Positions 23,096 through 31,526 of a DNA stretch of 64,000 nucleotides are shown here, one piece after another. The DNA comes from Podarcis pityusensis (taxonomy: Eukaryota), in assembly GCA_964106645.2 (NCBI GenBank), contig OZ067038.1, one strand, 5' to 3'. The first letter of the stretch is position 1, and each line of letters starts with the position of its first letter. The translations under genes were made by a program, and so were the position numbers. The notes beneath the pieces are model-generated. The model was not told where the DNA came from. It searched no databases and saw only the letters and a program-made list of their open reading frames with translations.

Positions 23096-26000
23096 TCCAC
23101 CTCCCCTCCAGGGCCCCCTTCATCCCCTCTCGCCCCCTCCTCTACGGGCGGTGAGGAGGCAAAACCCCGGAATGAACTTCCTTCATCTTCCGATGTCCCG
23201 AACACTTCTCTCCACCTGTTGCGGTTCCTGGTCTCGAAGTACTCCTCCTCCTCAGAGTCCATCTCCCCTTCCCCTTCCGATTCCGAGAATCCTTCCAACT
23301 CCTCCTCCTCATCGGTGGTCCCAAAGTATTCCCTCCGGAACCTCTCCACAGGCTGAGGTTTCCTTGGGAACCTTTGATGGAACGTTTCTATCAATACCTC
23401 GTCATTGATATCTTCTGCCATTACCCAAGTGTTTTCTGACTCCGGTTCTCCTTCCCACGCTACCAAATACTCCACCTGATCCCCCTTCCATCTGGCGTCG
23501 AGGATTTCTGCCACATGGCTGTTGCATTCCCTTTCTTCTATGACCGGTCCCCGAGTGGCCATCCCTTCTCGTCCCCCCTCATACGGTGACAGTAACGACC
23601 TGTGAAATACTGGGTGCAGTTTCATGTGGTTGGGTAACCGGAGCCTGAAAGCCACTGGGTTGACCTGTTGAATGACCTCAAAGGGACCCAATCTCCTGGG
23701 TCTTAATTTCTTACAACCTCCTTTGAACGGCAACCCTTGGGTTGACAGCCACACCCTATCTCCCACCCTTATGGTTTCACCTTCCCTTCGGTTCTTGTCT
23801 GCCTGCCTCTTGTATTCTTCCTTCGCCCTTTCTAAGTTGAGTTGGAGCTGACGATGGATTGCTTCCATTTCTTCTACAAAATGCTCGGCTGCCGGGACAC
23901 CCCATCTCTCCCCTTCTCCCCCTGGGAAAGCCCTGGGATGACACCCATAATTAGCCAAGAAGGGGCTCATCCCTGTGGACACATTCTCGGCATTGTTGTA
24001 GGCAAATTCCGCCAGCGCCAACTTTTCTACCCAGTCATTCTCTCTGTCATTGACATAACACCTCAGGTATTGCTGGAGGACACCGTTTGCTCTTTCCGCC
24101 TGCCCGTTGGTTTCAGGGTGCCGGGCAGTCGAAAAGTTGACCTCCACCTGCAGTAAGCTCATGAGCTTCCTCCAGAACCTGGAAGTAAATTGTTTTCCTC
24201 GGTCTGAGACCACCCTCAATGGCACCCCGTGCAACCTAAAAATGTGTTCTACAAATAACTTCGCTGTCTCTTCCGCCGTGACTGCATGCGAGCAGGCTAC
24301 AAAGTGGCACATCTTTGTTAGTAGGTCTACCACCACCATGATGGCTGTTTTCCCCTTGGACTTCGGCAGATCAGTCATAAAATCTATCGACACTGCCTCC
24401 CAAGGTCGTTCTGGGGTTGGTAAGGGTTCTAATAGCCCCGCCGGTGCCCGCCTCTCCCCTTTGGCTCGCTGGCATTGCTCACACCCTCTTACATACTCCC
24501 GTACATCTTCCCTCACCTTAGGCCACCAAAATTCCCTGGTGACCAACCACATGGTTTTGTGTTGTCCAAAATGCCCCGCCGTGGGGCTGTCGTGCAACTG
24601 CTTGAGTACCCTCCCCCTTAAGTCTCCTTCAGGGATATACAGTGCCCCTTTGTAATACAAAGCTCCATTTCTTTCCTCGAAACCCCCTGGTTCCTCTCCC
24701 TCACCCCTAAGACCTCTGAGCTTATTCTGGGCGTATTCATCATTCTCTGTTTCCTCTACCAGTTCTCTTTGTCCCACCAATGCCGCCCCACACACCCAGC
24801 GGTCCTCTGGAATGACATGTCTCTCTTCGGGTGCTCCCTCCCCCTCCAAATATTCAGGTTTGCGTGAGAGAGCGTCCGCCCTAATGTTCTCTGGGCCTGG
24901 CACGTAACAAATCTCAAAGTTAAATTTGGAGAACTCCTGGGCCCATCTCACTTGCCGTTGGTTGAGCACTCGTGCCGTCCTCCAATACTCTAGGTTCTTG
25001 TGGTCAGTGCACACTTGCACCTTATGTTGTGCGCCAATTAGCAGGTGCCTCCATCTCCGGAACGCCTCATGAATGGCTAGTAGTTCTCGGTCATACACCG
25101 TGTAGTTCCTCTCGGATTTGTTCAGCTTTCGCGAAAAAAAGGCACACGGTCTCCACTCTGACTCCTCCTTCCCTGGCTGCAGAAGCACCGCCCCAATAGC
25201 TCTGTCTGATGCGTCAGTTTCCACTCTCATCGGTTTTTGTAAATCCACATGCAGGAGTTGTTGTTCCGAGGCGAAGGCCCTTTTTAGTTCCTCAAATGCT
25301 CGCTCCGCCTCCTCAGTCCAAACGAACTTCTTCTTACTGCTGAGACAGTCCGTAATGGGCGCCGTCAGGTGGGCAAAGTTTCGGATGAACTTACGATAGA
25401 AGTTCCCAAATCCTAGGAACCTCTGCACATCCTTCCTTGTTTTGGGTGTTTTCCATTCCAGCACCGCCTGGACCTTGCCGGGATCCATGGCCAATCCCTT
25501 GTCTGACAGGCGATACCCCAGGAATTCCACCTCCTTGGTATGAAACTGACACTTCTCCAGTTTCACCCACAGCTGGTTGGCTTGCAGCCTGCTCAACACT
25601 TCTCTGACGTCTCTCACATGCTGCTCCTCATTCTCAGAATACACCAACACGTCGTCTAAGAAGGCCACACAATTCTTGTAAAGCAAAGGCCCCAGGACGT
25701 GGTTCATAAACGATTGAAAGCACGCGGAGCCTCCTTGTAGGCCGAAGGGCATAACTAAATATTCAAATGCCCCCAAAGGGGTGAACATGGTGGTTTTCCA
25801 TTCATCCCCCTTCCTTATTCGTATCAGGTTGTACGCCCCCCTTAGGTCCAGTTTAGTAAAAATCTTTCCCTTCCTGACCCTTGTCAAAATGTCGTCAATC
25901 CTGGGCATAGGGAAAGCCACTGGTTCTGACACTGCATTTAAGGCCCTGAAGTCACACACAAGCCTCGGCTTGTTCGTGTTTTTTTTATCCACAAAAAACA

Positions 26001-26916
26001 CTGGGCTGCCCCCCACCGCCCTGGACTCTCTGATGAACCCTCTCTTCAGGTTCTTGTCAATGAACTCTCTTAGCTCCTGCATCTCTCTGTCTGACATGGC
26101 GTACAGCTTGCCTACAGGGAGCTGTGCCCCAGGGAGTAAATTGATTTGACAGTCAAAGGGTCTATGCGGGGGTAGTTGGTCAGCTTCCCTTTCGCTGAAG
26201 ACGTCGCGGAGATCTGCGTATTGTCGTGGTACCTTCACGTTCTCCGTTACTTCAGTCCCTGCTAGGGTGGCTTGGGCCCCTGCCAAACCCTTTCCCTCTT
26301 TGCAGTGTTCTAAGCAATGTGCTGAACCAAAAGAAACCACTCTCTGATGCCAGCCCACCAGCGGATCATGTAACGCTAGCCAGCTCATCCCCAATATAAT
26401 GGGAGCTCCTCCCAAGGTGGCCACATTAAACGCTATCAGTTCGGTGTGCCTTGCCACCTTCATTATCATTGGGACGGTCTGCCAGCTGACTTCTCCTCCC
26501 AACAGCTCCCTGCCATCGATCGTGGTCACCTGCAGGGGGTTGCTTAAAGGGATCGTCTGTATCTGGTGTTCAGCTGCAAACTCTTTGCTCATGAAATTGC
26601 AGGAGCTGCCTGAGTCCAACAGCGCCTTTATCTTTAGAGGGTGTCCGTTTGGCAGCTCTAGCGCCACTTCTATCACTAGGGCGGGTTTAGGAGGTTCTGG
26701 CGTGGGCACTTTCACTGCTCTTTGGCCTGGCTGCTGTGCCCCGACGGTGGCAGCCAGGCGTTGGCTTTTACTTGCTTCGGTATTTCTTCCTCTCTTCCCT
26801 CCACAGCTCCTACCATCCCTTGCCATTCCTTCCTCTGGGGGCAGACTCTGGCAAAGTGACCTGGCTGTTGGCAGAGATAGCATTTCCGGGCGCCTTTTCC
26901 CTCCTTCTTTCCCCCC
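22792..26916 (-). CDS. pol: Pol in the -1 frame relative to gag: aspartic protease, RT, RNase H, integrase, chromodomain, acidic/basic tail
   Basis: LLDSGSSCNF (PR); LDLRGAYNLIRI, MPFGL, FLDD (RT); ETDASD...ELLA...TDH (RH); HDSPTAGH...CEQC, IDF/SDRG/AER core and GPF (IN); EILDARW...YLVAWEG...NTW (chromodomain). The frame is open from the stop at 26917-26919; expression is presumably by frameshift rather than from ATG 26883. Confidence 0.95.
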   Translation of the reverse strand, partial: GGKEGGKRRPEMLSLPTARSLCQSLPPEEGMARDGRSCGGKRGRNTEASKSQRLAATVGAQQPGQRAVKVPTPEPPKPALVIEVALELPNGHPLKIKALLDSGSSCNFMSKEFAAEHQIQTIPLSNPLQVTTIDGRELLGGEVSWQTVPMIMKVARHTELIAFNVATLGGAPIILGMSWLALHDPLVGWHQRVVSFGSAHCLEHCKEGKGLAGAQATLAGTEVTENVKVPRQYADLRDVFSEREADQLPPHRPFDCQINLLPGAQLPVGKLYAMSDREMQELREFIDKNLKRGFIRESRAVGGSPVFFVDKKNTNKPRLVCDFRALNAVSEPVAFPMPRIDDILTRVRKGKIFTKLDLRGAYNLIRIRKGDEWKTTMFTPLGAFEYLVMPFGLQGGSACFQSFMNHVLGPLLYKNCVAFLDDVLVYSENEEQHVRDVREVLSRLQANQLWVKLEKCQFHTKEVEFLGYRLSDKGLAMDPGKVQAVLEWKTPKTRKDVQRFLGFGNFYRKFIRNFAHLTAPITDCLSSKKKFVWTEEAERAFEELKRAFASEQQLLHVDLQKPMRVETDASDRAIGAVLLQPGKEESEWRPCAFFSRKLNKSERNYTVYDRELLAIHEAFRRWRHLLIGAQHKVQVCTDHKNLEYWRTARVLNQRQVRWAQEFSKFNFEICYVPGPENIRADALSRKPEYLEGEGAPEERHVIPEDRWVCGAALVGQRELVEETENDEYAQNKLRGLRGEGEEPGGFEERNGALYYKGALYIPEGDLRGRVLKQLHDSPTAGHFGQHKTMWLVTREFWWPKVREDVREYVRGCEQCQRAKGERRAPAGLLEPLPTPERPWEAVSIDFMTDLPKSKGKTAIMVVVDLLTKMCHFVACSHAVTAEETAKLFVEHIFRLHGVPLRVVSDRGKQFTSRFWRKLMSLLQVEVNFSTARHPETNGQAERANGVLQQYLRCYVNDRENDWVEKLALAEFAYNNAENVSTGMSPFLANYGCHPRAFPGGEGERWGVPAAEHFVEEMEAIHRQLQLNLERAKEEYKRQADKNRREGETIRVGDRVWLSTQGLPFKGGCKKLRPRRLGPFEVIQQVNPVAFRLRLPNHMKLHPVFHRSLLSPYEGGREGMATRGPVIEERECNSHVAEILDARWKGDQVEYLVAWEGEPESENTWVMAEDINDEVLIETFHQRFPRKPQPVERFRREYFGTTDEEEELEGFSESEGEGEMDSEEEEYFETRNRNRWREVFGTSEDEGSSFRGFASSPPVEEGARGDEGGPGGEVDVRELPSEGREVKGLTQVGRDSAAEEGTSRGRGAELRERELEGWLRDTSSENSGEVSGPPVGTPTPRRKLSRRESRRRVSVKELLCWKRFRKQPLSESASD
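23096..23109 (-). promoter_or_regulatory. Polypurine tract
   Basis: GGAGGGGAGGTGGA directly before the TG of the 3' LTR. Confidence 0.85.
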
Positions 26917-27725
26917 TCACTGGGCTTTGAAACTGCGCGCGCGCGCGCTGTTCCGATTTCCATCGGCTCTGCCGGCGGGAAAGTTGGCTCTGGAATGTCT
27001 GGAATGCGGAACTCCTTCCAACGTTCCCCCTTCCCTTCCCGCCTCTCCAATGCTCTCGCCTCCTGGCGCGCTCCTATGGTCAGCGCTGATTTGGTCAGCT
27101 GGTCCATAGACTCCGCCCTGGGCGCCCGGGAAAGTTCGTCTTTCACAGCCGAAGAAAGCCCTTCTTCAAAGAGCATTTGAATGGGTTCCGCCGATAGATC
27201 CCACCCCAATTTATGGATCAACATGGTGAACTCAGTCCAGTACTCACGGACAGATCGGCTCCCCTGTTTGCAAGCCATTAACTGTCTGCGGACCACTCCC
27301 TGTTCAATATCGCTGGAAAACATCAGATCCATGGCGCGAAAGAACTTCATCGTGTCCTTTAGGACGTCACTATTCGCTGCCATCAGGGGTCTAACCCAGT
27401 CTCTCGCCCCCTTTTCAAGATGCCCAATCACGAAAGCCACTCGTGATTCCTCGTCAGGGAATTCATCAAACTGCAGATTGAGGGCATATTGCATCTCTGT
27501 CCGAAAGCCATGATAGTCTTTGGGCTCCCCCCCAAACTTCTGCACCAATCCTGGTACCTTTCTGACGAGCTGGGTGTCTTTCCCCTTTTTGTCTGCATCC
27601 TGAGCCCTCCTCTCCTCAAGCCTCGCCGTCTGCAGCGCTAGCTGGACCTCCAACACCCGGTACCTTTCTTCCAGGCTTGGACCCGCTCCAGCTCCTGCTT
27701 CTCCGGTTCCGGCTGGGTTGCTCAT
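26712..27725 (-). CDS. gag: Gag (337 aa): N-terminal coiled-coil-like segment, PEG10/RTL1-like capsid, EPMEIG motif, CCHC zinc knuckle
   Basis: ORF starts 45 nt after the 5' LTR; FPDEESRVAFVIGHLEKGARDW...QGSRSVREYWTEF capsid signature; CYLCQQPGHFARVC knuckle. Confidence 0.93.
   Translation of the reverse strand: MSNPAGTGEAGAGAGPSLEERYRVLEVQLALQTARLEERRAQDADKKGKDTQLVRKVPGLVQKFGGEPKDYHGFRTEMQYALNLQFDEFPDEESRVAFVIGHLEKGARDWVRPLMAANSDVLKDTMKFFRAMDLMFSSDIEQGVVRRQLMACKQGSRSVREYWTEFTMLIHKLGWDLSAEPIQMLFEEGLSSAVKDELSRAPRAESMDQLTKSALTIGARQEARALERREGKGERWKEFRIPDIPEPTFPPAEPMEIGTARARAVSKPSEGGKKEGKGARKCYLCQQPGHFARVCPQRKEWQGMVGAVEGREEEIPKQVKANAWLPPSGHSSQAKEQ
26725..26772 (-). promoter_or_regulatory. Candidate gag-pol -1 frameshift signal (A GTA AAA, 6-nt spacer, 10-bp GC-rich hairpin)
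   Basis: Perfect stem GCCTGGCTGC / GCAGCCAGGC at 26750-26759 and 26725-26734, inside the gag/pol overlap just before the gag stop. Confidence 0.6.
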
Positions 27726-27757
27726 GATGCCTTCTCCTGCACAAGCTGCTCACGAAG

Positions 27758-27768
27758 ACTGTCGGAAT
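27758..27768 (-). promoter_or_regulatory. Self-priming primer-binding site (Tf1-type)
   Basis: ATTCCGACAGT, 2 nt after the 5' LTR, is the exact reverse complement of ACTGTCGGAAT inside the LTR (27889-27899). No TGG-starting tRNA PBS is present. Confidence 0.85.
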
Positions 27769-27770
27769 GC

Positions 27771-28178
27771 TGTGATGGGACGATGAGCTGCTTGTGTGTA
27801 AAATCCTAGTCCCTCAGAGTTTGGTCAAGTTTGCAAACCTCTGTCTGTAACGGAGCCCCTTAAACATGGCTCCGTCAGTCGCTGGCAGATTCCGACAGTG
27901 GTTGCTTTCGGAATCGCTTCCAACATAAAAGCTCCTTAACGGAAACACGTCTTCTGGACTCTCTGCGTGACAGTTTCCGGCGAGGAGTGGGTGTCCCTAC
28001 AGGAGGTCCTGAAACCTCCCCACTGTTTTCGCTGGAAGTGTCTCTGAGCCATCCCTCCAGCTCCCTTTCCCTCAGCTCAGCTCCTCTCCCCCTACTGGTT
28101 CCCTCTTCAGCTGCTGAGTCTCTCCCAACCTGTGTGAGCCCTTTCACTTCCCTTCCTTCCGATGGCAGTTCCCTGACA
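27771..28178 (-). repeat. 5' LTR of the Gypsy element
   Basis: Minus strand TGTCAGGGAA...CCCATCACA; direct repeat of 22688-23095; followed by the PBS and the gag ATG. Confidence 0.96.
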
Positions 28179-28541
28179 TCCTGCTTCCTCCTCTGCAGTC
28201 CCCTTTGCACACACACCCCATGGTGACATATGCTACTGTTTCTTGAAGAGGAACAGAATCCGATGAGCAAGCCTGTCAGAGAAGAAGCTTCTAAGTGTGT
28301 TCAGCCCAATGCACTTAAAACTCTCTCTTCAGAACTCCCCCTCAGTGGGATTGTTGAAGTGGGCACACCCAGTGCATATGGGAATGTTGGGAGTGGGGAG
28401 CGTATGTGTGCTCCCAGTCAGTCCCTTGCACACATTTTTGCTCTTACCTGTTCAAGCCAAATGCCTGGCAAATAGCAATGGGGGGGAAATTTGGTATGGT
28501 TCACATTTTAATGTTAACCCAGTCAGATGGGCATGGCATTA

Positions 28542-28767
28542 CAGTGGTACCTCAGGTTAAGTACTTAATTCGTTCCGGAGGTCTGTTCTTAACCTGAAAC
28601 TGTTCTTAACCTGAAGCACCACTTTAGCTAATGGGGCCTCCTGCTGCTGCCACGCCGCCGGAGCACGATTTCTGTTCTCATCCTGAAGCAAAGTTCTTAA
28701 CCTGAGGTAGTATTTCTGGGTTAGCGGAGTCTGTAACCTGAAGCATATGTAACCCGAGGTACCACTG
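28542..28767. mobile_element. MITE family B (226 bp)
   Basis: TA-CAGTGGTACCTC...GAGGTACCACTG-TA; adjacent to a small L2 3' tail remnant at 28768-28812. Confidence 0.9.
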
Positions 28768-31260
28768 TATTTATACCCCACCCATCTTGGCTGGGTTTCC
28801 CCAGCTACTCTAACATACCTAATTCACATTTTCCAAAACAATATGTGATCCAAAGCACAGTTATCCTTTGAAATTCGCACTAATTCCTAATTTTGTTGTA
28901 CAGTTCTCCAACACAAAATGTGTACAGAGATGCATTATATTTGGGGATATTGCTTGCAACAATTGACATAGAAGGAGAAATGTGTACCATAACACTGATG
29001 ATTTTTTCTGGGGGCTCAGAAAAAACCTTAACCTTCCAAACTGATATGAAACTGTGGTTAACCAAATTTAGGATTAGAAAAATTTGAAACTGAGTGAAAC
29101 AAAAATGGACAGATGTGTCTGTCTCTACTGAAAAGCGCTGTGTTATGTCAGTCAGCTTGATCAAATGTGCCACGGCATCTTTTCTTAAAACGTTTAAAAA
29201 ACAGTTTCATTTTTTAAAATCTTGGGACCCTGCATTTCTATATTGAACAACTTGTGCCCTGGAGGTTACGAAGCTGTATTAATTGCAGATATGTTATTCA
29301 AATACAATATGTACCTTGTAAGATCTTTTGTGCTGTTCAAATGTGTTGAGGCTGTCTGAAAAGTATGCAACCCAACAACTATGCAGAATATGGATTGATT
29401 ATATACAAATAGAAATTCAAAAACCAAACTCTTCCTTTCCATGTTTCAACCCTACCAAGTCACCAACTGAACAAATGTTTGTCACAATAAAATGTGGATC
29501 TCTCCAATTCATCCTACCCAACCAGTTCACCTTTGAAGCAGAGAGTGACACCATTTAAGTCAGAACAACAACATGTGAATGCTGCTTTAGGAAACAATCA
29601 ACATTTGTTTAGAGGAAAAGTGTGCCTCAAGCTGAGAACAGAATGCTCCCAGGGTGTCTGAATTGCTGGACAGATGTTCCTGGATAGCAAGGAATGGCTG
29701 TGCAACCAATCAACTATAAACACACATTTTGTAATACTTTAAAAGTCTCTTTGGTCTTTTGTAGAATCTGTCACAGGAACCAAGTAAATATGGTAACTTG
29801 TCCCTCTTTGTTGACTTTTAAAGCACTCTCAAAAATATTTGAGACACAGGAGGGTGCAACAGTGGAGTATGTGAATATTTGTAGTCCTATATGTCAGATA
29901 TTTGGCTGTACTGAGAAATAACTGTCCTATTTATTCACAAGGCCAGATGTGGTGGAGGCAGCTCTGATGCAAACTTCCTTTGAGCACTTTACCAAGGATT
30001 TCAGCCCTGACCCATAGAGACTTTCTCTACGGGAGGTGAAAGGCAATTTACTTTCCAGGCTTAGATCAGATGCTGGCTCTGCCAAATGTGACAAATTGAA
30101 TTTGATGCTTTGAAGATGCAAACTTCATGTTTCTGATCATCTAAAAAGGGAAATGTCTTACCATAAATTCTCATTCTTGATAGTGGACAGAGGGCAGTCT
30201 TAGCCTTCTAAAACACTCCATCCTAGTGGAATATAGAGTTGCATTTGCTTATTCGGGGAGAGGGATCTCCCTGCCTTCCAAAACAGAGCATTCTGCAAAG
30301 CAGAATCTCCTGAAACTAATAAACAAACAATGCAGATGCCAACAAAATACAGTTTAAAGAAGTGAAGTGGGCATCTCTAGGCGCTCCTGCCTTATTTTCC
30401 TCACATATGTTTATGGCCTGGTTCAGATGAAACACTGAACAATGGTCTAGCATGACATAGACAATCTTTGGGTTCATTTACTTCCCATTAAAAGCCACAA
30501 GACTGGAAGCTTTTGCTTCTATTTCCTAATATCCACTGATTATCATTACCTCTGAATTTAAATCTGTACTGCTCTTAGTTACAGATTAGGAGGAAGAGCC
30601 AACTTCACAAACCTTCATTTGTTTCTCTAGTTGAGACCAGTTACATTTTGTTGGGGTTCTGACATTAGTTAAATCGGTGGGGAGGGGGGCGGATTATGAC
30701 TTGCTCCTTGAGGCTAAGGCAAAGAGAGAGTAGAGGTTGCTTACAAGTCCAAGGGCTGTTCATGCAATGCTGAAAGAGAGGCATGGGCTTCTCACAGATA
30801 TGTGGTTGGCCACTGTGATTTTGAATTAATGTTCCTTTGGTCTGATCCAGCAAGGCAAAATGAGTTTCATTTAGGTAGATTACTCTCCGTGTATCCTCCC
30901 AGAATAGGAATTTACAGTAAATACAGTAAAAAACCTTTTCTTCTAAGGTGGATAGAGGGAGTATCACCTCCCAAAGGTGTAAGTCATGTTACAACTTACA
31001 GATATCCTCAAAATGGCAGCATACTTTAAAGTACCCTTCTCCCAAACGCTACTGCCCAGATGAGTGAAGATTAATTCTCCAGCGTCTCATGAAATTCCCA
31101 GTCATGAGTACTATTATAAGATGACACTTTAAATAGATAATTACGAATAGTATGCATGGGTGGTCTCTTCTTTTGCAGTATGATCCCAAAAGGATGAAGC
31201 AGCAACTGAATGCGTACTGATGCACAGGAACCTCGCCTAGCCCCAATTTCTGTGACAATA

Positions 31261-31526
31261 CAGTGGTACCTCAGGATGCGAACGGGATCCATTCCGGAGC
31301 CCCGTTCTCATCCTGAATGGAATGCAAGACGCAACGGCGCGTCTGTGGATCACGATTCGTCATTTTGTGGGTCTGCGCGTCTGTGGGTCGCGTGACGTCA
31401 TTTTGAGTGCCTGCGCATGCGCGAGTGGCGGAACCTGGAAGTAACGCACTCCGTTACTTCCGGGTTGCCGCGGAGCGCAACTCGAACGCGCTCAACCCGA
31501 AGCACATTCAACTCGAGCTATGACTG
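31261..31526. mobile_element. MITE with family-B-like TIRs and a CpG-rich palindromic core
   Basis: TA-CAGTGGTACCTC...GAGCTATGACTG-TA; internal GGAAGTAACG...CGTTACTTCC inverted repeat. Confidence 0.75.

Larger units (their letters stand above)
22688..28178 (-). mobile_element. Full-length Ty3/Gypsy LTR retrotransposon (chromovirus, Tf1/sushi group)
   Basis: Two 408-bp TG...CA LTRs with no difference seen on reading; gag and pol (PR-RT-RH-IN-chromodomain) ORFs uninterrupted; PPT and self-priming PBS present; flanks CCTTG / TCCTG (imperfect TSD). Confidence 0.97.

Noticed and set aside
24107-27513. Long antisense ORFs over gag/pol (182, 122, 236 and 110 aa)
   Set aside because: Expected shadows of a GC-rich coding strand; no motifs and no promoter evidence.
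27875-28270. 131-aa ORF overlapping the 5' LTR
   Set aside because: It is the U3 copy of the Pol tail frame joined to flanking sequence; no evidence for an independent gene.
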